Below are positions 21,393 through 32,112 of a DNA stretch of 64,000 nucleotides, in pieces. The DNA lies in contig CAZIFQ010000010.1 of the NCBI GenBank assembly GCA_964538375.1, forward strand, positions 12,738-76,737, in the 5' to 3' direction. The DNA comes from an uncultured Bacteroidaceae bacterium. GTDB taxonomy: Bacteria; Bacteroidota; Bacteroidia; Bacteroidales; GCA-2748055. Both the position numbers and the translations under genes were made by a program. Each line of letters opens with the position of its first letter. The stretch's first letter is position 1. The notes beneath the pieces are model-generated. The model worked only from the letters and a program-made list of their open reading frames with translations, was not told the DNA's origin and made no database searches.

Positions 21393-22340
21393 ATGGACAA
21401 ATCAATAATTTTTTTGATACTTGGACTTATACTTCTGCTTGTCAGTGGTAGATATCTTGTGGAGAGCAGTGTGACCATTGCACGGCATTTTAAGATTCCC
21501 ACTATCATTATTGGTTTGACGATTGTTTCATTTGGAACCTCTGCCCCTGAACTCCTGGTAAGCTTGCAAGCTGCCCTGCAGGGACATCCAGAAATGGCTA
21601 TTGGGAATGTTGTGGGAAGTAATATTTCGAATATTTTGCTGGTTCTGGCTATTACAGCATTTATTTTCCCGATTACGATACAAAAGCAGTTCATTCGTCG
21701 CGACTGGCCCATTATGATGTTCATCTCCTGTCTGCTTGTATTTTTTCTTCTAGACCTGGAACTTAAAAGTTATGAAGGGATAATTCTATTGAGCTTACTT
21801 GTACTATATATTATTTATAGCATAAAACAAGCTCGCAGTCCGAAACACGCAAATGAATTTACACAGGATGTTACTGCCCATGGAATGAAATGGGGAACAG
21901 CCATCATTATATTTGTTGTTGCCTGTGTAGGCCTAAGCTTTGGAGCAGGCTTACTGGTAGATAATGCAGCAATTATTGCGGGAAGAATTGGTATAAGCGA
22001 ACGTGTTATTTCCATATCCGTGGTAGCTGTTGGCACAAGTTTGCCAGAGCTTTCTACCTCGATAATTGCTGCTTTTAAGAAGGAATCAAATATTTCTGTT
22101 GGCAACATCATTGGATCAAACATAATGAACATAATTTCTGTTCTTGGTGTAACCACCATGGTGTCTCCCTTAAAAACTTCTGAGCAGACTTTAAGAGTAG
22201 ATCTTCCATGGATGATTGGTGCATCCTTGTTGCTATACTTGTTTATGATTCCGGCGCGGAGTTCGAAAATATCCAGGATTGAAGGAAGCATAATGCTATT
22301 GGCATATGCCGCATATATTTTCTTTATCTTTACCGTATGA
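21393..22340 (+). CDS. calcium/sodium antiporter (CaCA, YrbG-like)
   Basis: Two alpha repeats: GTSAPE..GNVVGSN and GTSLPE..GNIIGSN. Confidence 0.93.
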   Translation: MDKSIIFLILGLILLLVSGRYLVESSVTIARHFKIPTIIIGLTIVSFGTSAPELLVSLQAALQGHPEMAIGNVVGSNISNILLVLAITAFIFPITIQKQFIRRDWPIMMFISCLLVFFLLDLELKSYEGIILLSLLVLYIIYSIKQARSPKHANEFTQDVTAHGMKWGTAIIIFVVACVGLSFGAGLLVDNAAIIAGRIGISERVISISVVAVGTSLPELSTSIIAAFKKESNISVGNIIGSNIMNIISVLGVTTMVSPLKTSEQTLRVDLPWMIGASLLLYLFMIPARSSKISRIEGSIMLLAYAAYIFFIFTV

Positions 22341-23002
22341 CGTCTATTATACGTGCACATGAGATCAAAAAAAGCTATGGAAATCTCCAGGTGCTCAAAG
22401 GAATATCCATTGATATTAATGAAGGTGAAGTAGTGTCAGTGGTTGGCGCTTCCGGTGCAGGAAAAACCACCCTGCTGCAGATTCTGGGGACGCTAAGTAC
22501 GTTCGATAGGGGTAGCGTTTTTATAAATGGTTCAGATACAGGAAAATTGCAAGGAAACAATTTGTCGAAATTCAGGAATCAAAATATTGGTTTTGTCTTT
22601 CAATTTCATCAATTACTGCCTGAATTTTCTGCCCTTGAAAATGTTTGTATTCCGGGATTCATTGCGAAGACACCCAGGCGAAAAGTTGAGAAACGAGCTG
22701 CTGAATTGCTTGATTTTTTGAAATTAAGTGAACGGATGGAGCACAAGCCGGGAGAGTTGTCTGGTGGAGAACAGCAAAGAGTAGCGATTGCACGGGCACT
22801 TATTAATGATCCGGCTGTAATTCTTGCGGATGAGCCATCCGGGAATCTCGACACAGAAAACAAGAACGAATTGCACCAACTCTTCTTTCAATTGAGGGAT
22901 GAATTTAATAAGACCCTCGTTATCGTTACCCACGATATGCAACTCGCAAATATGGCTGATCGTATGATCCAGATGAAAGACGGCCTGGTAGTTTCAGACT
23001 AA
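22337..23002 (+). CDS. lolD: LolD-like ABC transporter ATP-binding protein
   Basis: [44 protein letters not shown]. Confidence 0.8.
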   Translation: MTSIIRAHEIKKSYGNLQVLKGISIDINEGEVVSVVGASGAGKTTLLQILGTLSTFDRGSVFINGSDTGKLQGNNLSKFRNQNIGFVFQFHQLLPEFSALENVCIPGFIAKTPRRKVEKRAAELLDFLKLSERMEHKPGELSGGEQQRVAIARALINDPAVILADEPSGNLDTENKNELHQLFFQLRDEFNKTLVIVTHDMQLANMADRMIQMKDGLVVSD

Positions 23003-23009
23003 TTCCGTT

Positions 23010-23729
23010 ATGGGTAATCAATGGTTCCGTTTTAAACACTTTGAGATACAGCAGGACCTGTGTGCCATGAAGGTAGGCACCGATGCTGTTATTTTGGGCG
23101 CATGGACAAGTATAAGTCACGCAGAGAGAGCCCTGGATATTGGAACAGGGACAGGATTGTTGGCTTTGATGCTTGCCCAGAGAAATTTGAAAGTGACTAT
23201 CGATGCCATCGAAATTGAAAAGAACAGCGCACAGCAGGCGGCGTCTAATTTTTCTTTAAGTAAGTTCTCAAGTCGGTTAAAATCGCACGACATTTCTTTC
23301 AGTGAATTTCTCGGGATACAGCATAGTCAGCCATATGATCTGATAATCTGTAACCCTCCATATTTTTCTGCTTCCTTAAGAGCTCCAGTGAAAGAGAGAT
23401 CACTTGCCAGGCATGATGATAGCTTGTCGCTGGAAGAACTATTTAAAGGCGTGGCATCCTTGCTTCACTCAAATGGACGATTCAGTTTGATATTACCAGC
23501 TGGTGCATATGATAGGTCGAAAAGGATTGCTGAGAAATACGCACTTTATCCGGCAAGAATCCTCCATGTGAAACCAATTCCTGATAAGGAGCCAATTAGA
23601 ATCTGCATGGAATATAGTTTTGAACCAGGCACAACCGAGGAGAAAACCCTGCTTATTGAAGAAGGAGGAAGACACATCTATTCAAAAGACTATATTAAGC
23701 TAACCAATGATTTCTACCTGGATTTATAA
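23010..23729 (+). CDS. tRNA1(Val) adenine(37)-N6-methyltransferase (TrmN6/YfiC-like)
   Basis: FRFKHF..AMKVGTD, LDIGTGTG, NPPYF, ARH. Confidence 0.88.
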   Translation: MGNQWFRFKHFEIQQDLCAMKVGTDAVILGAWTSISHAERALDIGTGTGLLALMLAQRNLKVTIDAIEIEKNSAQQAASNFSLSKFSSRLKSHDISFSEFLGIQHSQPYDLIICNPPYFSASLRAPVKERSLARHDDSLSLEELFKGVASLLHSNGRFSLILPAGAYDRSKRIAEKYALYPARILHVKPIPDKEPIRICMEYSFEPGTTEEKTLLIEEGGRHIYSKDYIKLTNDFYLDL

Positions 23730-23730
23730 T

Positions 23731-25086
23731 CTATACACTTCCAACATCCAAAGGCATATTTATTTCTTCCTCGACAAACTTAATACCATACTTTTCCAAT
23801 TTTTTCAATACGGGATTGTATACTTCCTTCATGATTGGCAGGTGCACTCCTGTGAGGGTTATTTTTTTCTCCATGATTAGCCTGGCAGTAATGGCAATAG
23901 GCAATCCAACAGTGACGGCCATAGCTGTATTATAGGTGTCGGAGCCGATGTAACTCAGGGTTGAATAAATCTTCTTACGAGAGCCATTTTCGTTATAGTC
24001 AAACTGATGCTGCATGAGAATCATATCTTTATCACCAGGGTCCAAACTCCATTTTTCTTCTAGAATTTGTTGCAGAATTTTAGCCGGAGACAATCCCTCG
24101 ACCCCAATTTTTTTGTCTTCAAATATTCCCAGCCAGCGCAATCTTTCCATCATAGGGGAGTTTCTGTCGATACCCAGATATAAAGCAAGCTTTTCTTCCA
24201 CAGGGATGTCTACCCTGTATGCCATAAAGCTGTTGATGAATTCCCTGTAAGTCATTTCTTTGGTCTTTTCCATGCTGTAGGAATCATCTGTTGCTCCAAG
24301 TTGTACGAATGTATCCCAAGCTTCGCAGAACCCGGGCCGGCGTATTGTCCCCCTGAACATAGTCTCCAGGTCATGCAAACCGTAAGTTTCACGGTACTTC
24401 AGGGAATCACGGTTACCATAAACTTCAAATTCACCTAATACTGGAACATGAATGGTTTCAATGCGTTGAAAAAGTTTCTGGTAGGGAATATATTTAAATT
24501 TACCATTGTGCAAAAATCTGGCACCATCTTTACCTGCCAATACTACATTTCGTGGATTCCATGTGAATTTATAATGCCAGGGATTGTTTTCAAAGCCAGG
24601 CGCCACAAGTCCCCCGGTGCTGGATTCAAAAGCGGTGAGCTGAAGTCCTTTTTCTTGTATTTTATGGATCATTTGCATGGCCGACATATGGTCAATGCCA
24701 GGATCAACGCCACACTCATTCATTATTATAATTCCATTCGCTTTTGCTTCATCATGAAGGGCCCTAACTTCATCGCTTATATAGGAAGCGGTGACCATAT
24801 TTCGCTTCTGGTCAACACAGGTTCTTGCAACCAGCGGGTGCATTATTGCAGGTAACATCGAGATAACAATGTCTGCATTTGTAATTTCAGTGACTCTTTG
24901 TTTTTCATTGTTAACGTCAAATTCAAACGCACTGGTGTTTTTTGCCCCCTTGGTTTTCGACATAGCCGTTTTCAGGGAAATATCACCCACCCGCAAATGA
25001 ATATTCATTTCAAGGGCATTGTCAATGAAATATTTTATCAATGAATTTGATGATAATCCGGCTCCCAGAATTAGTACAGTTTTCAT
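23731..25086 (-). CDS. saccharopine dehydrogenase family protein
   Basis: LGAGLS Rossmann motif, TASY, ECGVDPGIDH, YKFTWNPR, AMAVTVG; ATG at 25086 chosen. Confidence 0.9.
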   Translation of the reverse strand: MKTVLILGAGLSSNSLIKYFIDNALEMNIHLRVGDISLKTAMSKTKGAKNTSAFEFDVNNEKQRVTEITNADIVISMLPAIMHPLVARTCVDQKRNMVTASYISDEVRALHDEAKANGIIIMNECGVDPGIDHMSAMQMIHKIQEKGLQLTAFESSTGGLVAPGFENNPWHYKFTWNPRNVVLAGKDGARFLHNGKFKYIPYQKLFQRIETIHVPVLGEFEVYGNRDSLKYRETYGLHDLETMFRGTIRRPGFCEAWDTFVQLGATDDSYSMEKTKEMTYREFINSFMAYRVDIPVEEKLALYLGIDRNSPMMERLRWLGIFEDKKIGVEGLSPAKILQQILEEKWSLDPGDKDMILMQHQFDYNENGSRKKIYSTLSYIGSDTYNTAMAVTVGLPIAITARLIMEKKITLTGVHLPIMKEVYNPVLKKLEKYGIKFVEEEINMPLDVGSV

Positions 25087-25218
25087 AGATGTTAGCATTT
25101 GAAAAGTGAAAGATTAAAGATACAAACTGGGAGGAGGAATCATCAGGAAGAAAGAATCTTATAAAACATATATTTCGGATTTTTTTATGCTTTAAGGGCA
25201 TGGAATTCACTAAAAAAA

Positions 25219-25250
25219 ATACGTATATAATAAGCTTATTATATACGTAT
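25219..25250. repeat. 32-bp perfect palindrome (possible ribE terminator)
   Basis: ATACGTATATAATAAG|CTTATTATATACGTAT; followed by a T-run on the minus strand. Confidence 0.8.
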
Positions 25251-25291
25251 ATTCTTTAAACCGCCGACATCCTGAGCTTTAGCGTAATCTC

Positions 25292-25341
25292 ACTGCCTAC
25301 TGCCTACTGCCTACTGCGTAAGCCGAAGCTTTAGCGTAGGC
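25292..25341. repeat. ACTGCCT x3 heptamer repeat plus REP-like element, copy 2
   Basis: (ACTGCCT)3-ACTGCGTAAGCCGAAGCTTTAGCGTAGGC directly after the ribE stop. Confidence 0.75.
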
Positions 25342-25944
25342 TTACTTCCCCTTCATCTGTGCTTTTAAAATCCTGGCAATATATTTTCCAATAATATCGA
25401 ACTCCAGGTTAACAATGGTTCCCGCTTTGAAGGTATGGAAGTTTGTTACATCGTAAGTAAAAGGTATGATGGCTACTTCGAAGGAATTGTCTTTTGAATT
25501 AACCACTGTTAGACTAACTCCATTGACTGATACAGAGCCCTTTTCAACAGTAAGATGTTCCTCATTTTGAGGATCAAATTCGAAGGTATAGTACCAGCTT
25601 CCATCTGCTTCACGCACATTTTTACAAGTGGCAGTGAGGTCAACATGACCCTGCACCATATGACCATCTAGTCGACCGTCTAATTTGGTGCTGCGTTCAA
25701 GATTGACCTTGTCGTCTAATTGTAATAGTCCAATATTTGATTTGATCAGGGTTTCTTTAATTGCCGTAACAGTATAAGTATTATCTGTAATATCAACAAC
25801 GGTTAAGCAAACGCCGTTGTGCGACACGCTTTGATCTATTTTTAGTTCATTAACAAATGAACATTCCATGGTAATGTGCAGGTTTTCCTGGTCCTTGACC
25901 AGCTTCACAACCTTTGCCGTTTCTTCAACAATTCCTGAAAACAT
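25342..25944 (-). CDS. ribE: riboflavin synthase alpha chain
   Basis: MFSGIVE N-terminus (ATG 25944), NGVCLTV, VNLER, GHMVQGHVD, NGVSLTV. Confidence 0.95.
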   Translation of the reverse strand: MFSGIVEETAKVVKLVKDQENLHITMECSFVNELKIDQSVSHNGVCLTVVDITDNTYTVTAIKETLIKSNIGLLQLDDKVNLERSTKLDGRLDGHMVQGHVDLTATCKNVREADGSWYYTFEFDPQNEEHLTVEKGSVSVNGVSLTVVNSKDNSFEVAIIPFTYDVTNFHTFKAGTIVNLEFDIIGKYIARILKAQMKGK

Positions 25945-25965
25945 TTCGTTTTGTGTTTTTTTAAT

Positions 25966-25993
25966 GTAGAGACCTTGCATGCAAGGTCTTTAT
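25966..25993. repeat. GTAG-family REP palindrome
   Basis: GTAGAGACCTTGCATGCAAGGTCTTTAT; shares GTAGAGAC with 48653. Confidence 0.7.
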
Positions 25994-26018
25994 GAATGTA
26001 AAAGTAACAGGAGATTAG

Positions 26019-27275
26019 CTATAGTCCAAACGCTTTCTTAAAGGTATCTACGTAATCCAGTTTTTCCCAGGTAAATAACTCAACTTCCAGTTCCAACTTT
26101 GGCCAGTACTGTGAGTCAAATACTTTCTTCACGGTTCTGGGTGTACGTCCCATATGTCCATAGGCAGCAGATTCTCTGTAAATTGGAGTTCTTAATTTCA
26201 GGTGCTCTTCAATTGCTTTGGGCCTCAGGTCATACACTGATACGACCTTATCAGCTATTTCACTATCGCTTAAGCTGATCTTCGATTTCCCATTAGTATT
26301 TACATATACTCCAACAGGACGGGCAACACCAATAGCATAAGATAATTGAACCAATACTTCATCAGCAACACCAGCAGCAACAAGGTTTTTGGCAATATGA
26401 CGAGCTGCATATGCAGCTGAACGGTCTACTTTTGAAGGATCTTTTCCCGAGAATGCACCACCACCGTGGGCTCCTTTTCCTCCATATGTGTCAACGATAA
26501 TTTTTCTACCTGTTAGGCCAGTATCGCCATGTGGTCCGCCAATAACAAATTTTCCTGTTGGATTAACGTGCAGGATAAAGTCATCTTTAAAAAGCTGTTG
26601 TATTCTTTCCGGCAATTTTGTTTTTAATCTTGGAATGAGAATATCCCTGACATCAGATCTGATCTTATCAAGCATACGCTCATCATCCTGGTCGAATTCA
26701 TCATGTGAGGTAGAGATAACGACAGTATGTATTTTCAACGGCACATCATTGTCGTCATATTCAATGGTTACCTGTGATTTTGAATCAGGACGCAGGTAAG
26801 TCATTTCTTTGCCTTCCCTGCGAATATCAGCAAGCTCCTGGAGGAGTTTATGGCTGAGATCAAGTGGAAGAGGCATGTAGTTGTCGGTTTCAATTGATGC
26901 GTATCCAAACATCATTCCCTGGTCACCAGCACCCTGATCCATTGGATTAGCACGTTCAACACCCCGGTTTATATCCGGTGACTGTTCATGTATAAGTGTC
27001 ATTATACCGCAACTGTTCGCTTCAAACTGGTATTCACTCTTTGTATACCCGATATTACGAATTACCTCTCTGGCGATTTTCTGAACGTCGATATAAGTTT
27101 TAGTTTTTACTTCACCTGCAAGTACAACCTGGCCGGTTGTAACAAGTGTTTCACAAGCTACTTTAGAATCTGGGTCAAACGCTAGAAATTCATCCACAAG
27201 AGCGTCAGAAATTTGATCGGCTATTTTGTCAGGATGCCCCTCTGATACGGATTCGGACGTAAATAAATATGGCAT
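26019..27275 (-). CDS. metK: S-adenosylmethionine synthetase
   Basis: [33 protein letters not shown]. Confidence 0.98.
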   Translation of the reverse strand: MPYLFTSESVSEGHPDKIADQISDALVDEFLAFDPDSKVACETLVTTGQVVLAGEVKTKTYIDVQKIAREVIRNIGYTKSEYQFEANSCGIMTLIHEQSPDINRGVERANPMDQGAGDQGMMFGYASIETDNYMPLPLDLSHKLLQELADIRREGKEMTYLRPDSKSQVTIEYDDNDVPLKIHTVVISTSHDEFDQDDERMLDKIRSDVRDILIPRLKTKLPERIQQLFKDDFILHVNPTGKFVIGGPHGDTGLTGRKIIVDTYGGKGAHGGGAFSGKDPSKVDRSAAYAARHIAKNLVAAGVADEVLVQLSYAIGVARPVGVYVNTNGKSKISLSDSEIADKVVSVYDLRPKAIEEHLKLRTPIYRESAAYGHMGRTPRTVKKVFDSQYWPKLELEVELFTWEKLDYVDTFKKAFGL

Positions 27276-27338
27276 TATTTATAATGTTTAGTTAACTAAT
27301 ATTTATTTATGGAAAGAGATTGATTGTATCGGAGAGAT

Positions 27339-27389
27339 ACTGCTTTAGCATTTTTTTTCCGTGGTTGCAATCAGTCAAATCATTCCACA
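27339..27389 (-). ncRNA. SAM-II class riboswitch
   Basis: Minus strand UGUGGAAUGAUUUGACUGAUUGCAACCACGGAAAAAAAAUGCUAAAGCAGU: P1 GUGG/CCAC, GAUUU, UUGCA, A-rich loop, GCUAAA, ACUG/CAGU pseudoknot; sits in the metK leader. Confidence 0.88.
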
Positions 27390-27431
27390 AAATTGATATA
27401 CAAAGTAAATCATTATTTGAATCTAAACAAA

Positions 27432-27464
27432 AAAAAAGCAGCGAATTAACAACGCTGCTTTTTT
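27432..27464 (-). terminator. intrinsic terminator after TPR gene
   Basis: AAAAAAGCAGCG-N9-CGCTGCTTTTTT. Confidence 0.8.
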
Positions 27465-27481
27465 AAAGTATATGATAGATT

Positions 27482-28468
27482 TTACTGACAGTTTGATGTC
27501 ATCATCTTTTTTTCGGCCTTATCAAAGAAATCTTTATGGGTTACTTTTTCATAGGCTGCGCATGCCTCTTTATATCTAACTGTATTCTGGTAAGCCACGC
27601 CCAATTCATAAAAGATTGCAGAGCGTAATTTTTCATCAAAATCAGCTGCATACTTAATTGCTTTTTCTCCATATTCAATGGCAGCATCGTATTCTATTTG
27701 TTTATTTTTTGCAGAAATTGCATTATAATATGCAAAGGCGTTATTGTCATTTGCCTCAAGGGCCTGATCACAAATATCTATAAGGAAGGTATAATCTTCT
27801 TCCTCCGGATCAATCATCATAAGTTCTTCTTCAATAAGTCCGCGAAAATACTTATTAATTGATGAGTTAATTTGTCCAATTACTTTTTGATCTCCTTTTT
27901 CAGTGGCCATATCTTTCGCAATAGCGAAAGAAGCAAGCATTTCTTCTGGTTGATCAAGTTTTTCATAAACAAAACCTTTACCCTGGTGTGCCTTATATAT
28001 TGAGGGCTGGAGTGAAAGAACTTTATCGTAATGTCCAAGAGCTGCATCATACTCTCCTTTCTTAAATTCTGTTTGACCAGCAAACATTGAAGAGAACACA
28101 ACTCTTTTCTTTGCTTTTACAGCAATATCTTCTTTTACTCCAAACTTTTTAGAAAGCTTGACTGTTTCTTCATACAAAGGGACAGCTTCGCTATAGTGTT
28201 TTCTCTTTTCAAGAGTGCTTGCCTGGCTGTAGTGTACATAAACCAACTGCTCTTTTGCAGTTTTGACCATATCGTCAGCTTCTGTACCAACAACATCAGA
28301 TAATGAAAGGGTGTTATTGAGATAAATATAAGCGGAATCGTATGCTTGGTTATTTAAACACCTGACACCTGAGTTATATTCGATAACTACGTCGGCAAAG
28401 GATTGTGACAGAAGGATTCCTGTAATAGAAAACAGGCCTGCAATGATTGCTAATACTCTCTTTTTCAT
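27482..28468 (-). CDS. tetratricopeptide repeat protein, exported
   Basis: Signal peptide and repeated TPR-like helices (YDAALGHYDKVL, FYELGVAYQN). Confidence 0.85.
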   Translation of the reverse strand: MKKRVLAIIAGLFSITGILLSQSFADVVIEYNSGVRCLNNQAYDSAYIYLNNTLSLSDVVGTEADDMVKTAKEQLVYVHYSQASTLEKRKHYSEAVPLYEETVKLSKKFGVKEDIAVKAKKRVVFSSMFAGQTEFKKGEYDAALGHYDKVLSLQPSIYKAHQGKGFVYEKLDQPEEMLASFAIAKDMATEKGDQKVIGQINSSINKYFRGLIEEELMMIDPEEEDYTFLIDICDQALEANDNNAFAYYNAISAKNKQIEYDAAIEYGEKAIKYAADFDEKLRSAIFYELGVAYQNTVRYKEACAAYEKVTHKDFFDKAEKKMMTSNCQ

Positions 28469-28503
28469 AAGTTAAAACTCTTTTTTTTTGGTTTTCGAAT
28501 CGA

Positions 28504-28545
28504 CAAATATATGAATATATGAATATGTTTACAAATACAATGCCA
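28504..28545 (-). promoter_or_regulatory. candidate tandem promoters for TPR gene (sigma54-like and -7 box)
   Basis: Minus strand TGGCAT-TGTAT-TTGT (28545-28531) and TATATTTG (28511-28504). Confidence 0.45.
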
Positions 28546-28704
28546 GAAAATATTATTGTAATTATATTAATGATCAATAAGTTAGACAAGCCCTTTGTGC
28601 CTGATCGACAGGAATTTCTGCTTATGCTTGAAAATTCAGAGATGAAAATGTGGAGTAGAAATATGAAATAGTTGAAAAAATATCTTCCGCAAGGAATGAA
28701 AAAC

Positions 28705-29622
28705 TTATTGTTTTGTAGTTAATTCTCTGAATACTTCCTCCAGACTTTTCTCTTTGCGGTTGAGAGAAAGTACGGACAGGTTTTGTTCAACAGCGAATTG
28801 GAATATACTCGACCGGATATCTTTGTTTTGTGATGTTGCAAGCAAGTAAATATGACCAGGAAGCTCAAGGACTTCTTCCACTCCTTCCACTTTTTTCCAG
28901 AGATCAGGAGATACAGGGGATTCGAGTTCTATCTGGATTGTTTGTCCGGAAATATTGTTTTTACCAATATTACCGGCATCCTCATCGGCTTTAATATTTC
29001 CTTCGTCAAGAATGATTACCCTGTCGCAAATTGCCTCTACTTCCTGCATGATATGGGTCGACAACATTACAGTTTTCTTAAGCCCCACATTTGATATGAG
29101 ATTGCGAATTTCAATGATCTGGTTGGGATCAAGCCCGGAAGTTGGCTCGTCAAGAATCAATACTTCAGGATCATGAATCAGTGCCTGGCTGATTCCTACA
29201 CGTTGTTTATATCCTTTAGAAAGCTTTCCTATTTTCTTGTTTTTCTCCGGACCAAGCCCTACCAATTCAATGATTTCATCAACACGTTTAGCTGCTATTT
29301 TCCCTTTAATACCATAAAGACCCGCTGAATAAAGGAGGTATTCTTTTACGTACATATCATAATATAGCGGATTATTCTCGGGAAGGTAACCAATCATTTT
29401 TTTAATTTCCATGGGCTTATCCCGCGTGTTCAATCCATTGATGAACACTTCTCCGGATGTGGGGGGTAAATAACCGCTTATCATCTTCATCGTAGTGGAT
29501 TTCCCGGCTCCATTAGGACCAATGAACCCAACAATTTCACCACTTTTAATTTCAAATGAGATGTTATTTACTGCCCATTGCCCGCCAAATCGTTTTGAAA
29601 TATTTTTTACGCTTATTGACAT
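28705..29622 (-). CDS. gldA: gliding motility-associated ABC transporter ATP-binding subunit
   Basis: GPNGAGKST, IGYLPENNPLY, LSKGYKQRVG, LSTHIMQEVEAICDR, SLEEVFRELT. Confidence 0.85.
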   Translation of the reverse strand: MSISVKNISKRFGGQWAVNNISFEIKSGEIVGFIGPNGAGKSTTMKMISGYLPPTSGEVFINGLNTRDKPMEIKKMIGYLPENNPLYYDMYVKEYLLYSAGLYGIKGKIAAKRVDEIIELVGLGPEKNKKIGKLSKGYKQRVGISQALIHDPEVLILDEPTSGLDPNQIIEIRNLISNVGLKKTVMLSTHIMQEVEAICDRVIILDEGNIKADEDAGNIGKNNISGQTIQIELESPVSPDLWKKVEGVEEVLELPGHIYLLATSQNKDIRSSIFQFAVEQNLSVLSLNRKEKSLEEVFRELTTKQ

Positions 29623-29693
29623 GCTTTCAAATTGCTGGTAATAGCCGTGATAAAATGGGAATAAAATTCTGTTTATGCAGAGACAGACCGAAT

Positions 29694-30536
29694 CTAACCA
29701 TACATAAATTGTGAAACCTTAGCAAAATTAGATTTTGGATTCACACACATCACTGGTATTTTCTCCTCATTGGATATGAGGTACTGCTCATGGGCACCAA
29801 ACACATAATCCATAGTTGTAATATGCTTGGTCGTGGTTATCAGAATCAGGTCAGCCTCGATGCTTTTAGTGAATGCCAGAATCTCTTTTGTGAAATTCTT
29901 GCTCTTTCTTGCTGTATGTATCTCGTATTCAATATTGTTCTGAATCAGGAAGCGAATAGCAAAATTCAGGTTTACATTCATTTTTTTAAGAAGCGATTTG
30001 TCTGTAACCGGGGCCTTATATAGATGAATTTTTGAACTCAGGTATTTCCCGAGGAATATTGCCCACTGAAGTTTTTCTTTGTTCTCGGATTTGAAATCAA
30101 TGGGGAAGACAATATCTGTATAGCGATCTTTTTCAGGAGGAGGTGCCTGTACAACAATGAATGGTACGGTAGATCCTGAGATAACTTTCAGGGCCCAACT
30201 TCCAAAAAATTTCTGTGCCCCTTTCATGCCATGGGTACCCATGATAGCAAAGTTCACATTATTCTCTTCTTCTGATGCAAAGGCTGAGATTTCTTCAAAT
30301 ATGGTACCTTCTCTCAGGACATAACCAATCTCATGGTTCAACTCCTTCGATAAGCGTTTAGTATCTTCTTCAAGCTTCTGTTCCAATTCAGGTAATTGCT
30401 CCTTTTCCTTGGTCACATGAAACAATGCAACATGATCATCTACTATCTTCGAAATTCTGATTGCGTGCTTCAGTGCATTTAGGGATACTTCTGAAAAATC
30501 CCATGTAACCAGTATGAATTTTTTTTCTTTGGTCAT
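29694..30536 (-). CDS. tandem universal stress protein
   Basis: ILVTWDFS, IMGTHG, second USP domain IVFPIDF..IPVMCV. Confidence 0.88.
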   Translation of the reverse strand: MTKEKKFILVTWDFSEVSLNALKHAIRISKIVDDHVALFHVTKEKEQLPELEQKLEEDTKRLSKELNHEIGYVLREGTIFEEISAFASEEENNVNFAIMGTHGMKGAQKFFGSWALKVISGSTVPFIVVQAPPPEKDRYTDIVFPIDFKSENKEKLQWAIFLGKYLSSKIHLYKAPVTDKSLLKKMNVNLNFAIRFLIQNNIEYEIHTARKSKNFTKEILAFTKSIEADLILITTTKHITTMDYVFGAHEQYLISNEEKIPVMCVNPKSNFAKVSQFMYG

Positions 30537-30713
30537 CTTTCTCTATTTGATTGAGATTGTAAAATTAACGCATTCTTTTTATAATGTAAAGAATGTAAGA
30601 GAAAAACGTACTTGATCTTCATCTTATTATCTATTTGGATAGATAGTGAGGGTTCTTTTTCTCTTCCTTAAGTATAAAATAGTATTTTTGTACTTTGTGA
30701 AAAATAGAGATAA

Positions 30714-32102
30714 ATGAGAAGATCAACAGTAAAAGAATTATTTGCAGCAGGAGAAGTGAACAGTGAAGTTTTGCTAAAAGGCTGGGTGAGGACAAAAAGG
30801 GGTAATAAGCAAGTTGCATTTATTGCTGTTAATGATGGAACATCTATTCATAGCATACAGGTTGTGGCCGATACGGAAAAGTTTCCGGAGGATCTTTTGA
30901 GAAATGTTACAACCGGGTGTTCTGTATCTGTTACAGGTAAATTGGTAGAATCAATGGGAAAAGGCCAGAAGGTGGAAATTCTGGCTGAGTCGTTGGAAGT
31001 GTTGGGTAAAGCAGACCCGGAACAATATCCGCTTCAGAAAAAAGGCCACTCCTTTGAATTTCTTCGTGAGATTGCTCATCTAAGATTCAGAACAAATACT
31101 TTTGGTGCAGTTTTCAGAATTCGGCACGCACTGGCATTTGCCATTCATAAGTATTATAACGACAAAGGATTTTATTATCTCCATACGCCGATTATTACTG
31201 CATCAGATGCTGAGGGAGCCGGTGAGATGTTTAAGGTAACAACGCTTGACCTGGACAATGTTCCTAAAGATGAACAGAAAAAAATTGATTATACCCAGGA
31301 TTTTTTTGGAAGACCTACCAATCTTACAGTTTCGGGACAGCTTGAAGGTGAATTGGGAGCGCTTGCACTCTCTTCCATATATACATTTGGACCTACTTTC
31401 CGGGCAGAGAACTCCAATACACCCAGGCATGTGGCAGAATTCTGGATGATTGAGCCTGAGATGGCGTTTTATGATATTACCGATAACATGGACCTGGCAG
31501 AAGATTTCCTGAAATACCTTGTTGCTTATGTGTTGGAGAATTGCAAAGATGACCTGGAATTTTTGAATAACATGGTAGATAAGGAGCTTCTTGAGCGCTT
31601 GCAGTTTGTGATCGACAATGAATTTATACGACTTGGGTATACAGAGGGAATTGAATTGTTGAAGAAATCTGGTAAGAAGTTTGAGTTCAAAGTTGAATGG
31701 GGACTGGACCTTCAAGCAGAACATGAGCGTTACCTGGTTGAGGAGGAATTTAAAAAGCCGGTTATCCTCACAGATTACCCCAGGGATATTAAGGCGTTTT
31801 ATATGAAGCAGAATGATGATGGGAAAACAGTGAGGGCAATGGATGTGTTGTTTCCAAGAATAGGAGAGATTATTGGGGGATCACAGCGCGAAGAGGATTA
31901 TGACAAACTCGTTAACAGAATGAGGGAAATGGAAATTCCGGAAAAAGAATTGTGGTGGTACCTTGATACTCGAAAATTTGGTACCGTAGAGCATAGCGGA
32001 TTCGGATTGGGCTTTGAGAGATTATTGATGTTTGTTACAGGTATGAGTAATATCAGAGACGTCATCCCCTTCCCGAGGACGCCAAATTATGCAGAGTTTT
32101 AA
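30714..32102 (+). CDS. asnS: asparagine--tRNA ligase
   Basis: GWVRTKR OB fold, [30 protein letters not shown]. Confidence 0.97.
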   Translation: MRRSTVKELFAAGEVNSEVLLKGWVRTKRGNKQVAFIAVNDGTSIHSIQVVADTEKFPEDLLRNVTTGCSVSVTGKLVESMGKGQKVEILAESLEVLGKADPEQYPLQKKGHSFEFLREIAHLRFRTNTFGAVFRIRHALAFAIHKYYNDKGFYYLHTPIITASDAEGAGEMFKVTTLDLDNVPKDEQKKIDYTQDFFGRPTNLTVSGQLEGELGALALSSIYTFGPTFRAENSNTPRHVAEFWMIEPEMAFYDITDNMDLAEDFLKYLVAYVLENCKDDLEFLNNMVDKELLERLQFVIDNEFIRLGYTEGIELLKKSGKKFEFKVEWGLDLQAEHERYLVEEEFKKPVILTDYPRDIKAFYMKQNDDGKTVRAMDVLFPRIGEIIGGSQREEDYDKLVNRMREMEIPEKELWWYLDTRKFGTVEHSGFGLGFERLLMFVTGMSNIRDVIPFPRTPNYAEF

Positions 32103-32112
32103 CAAATAGAGG

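Noticed and set aside
25945-25980. N-terminal extension of ribE in the ORF track
   Set aside because: That ATG lies inside a REP palindrome; the conserved start is MFSGIVE at 25944
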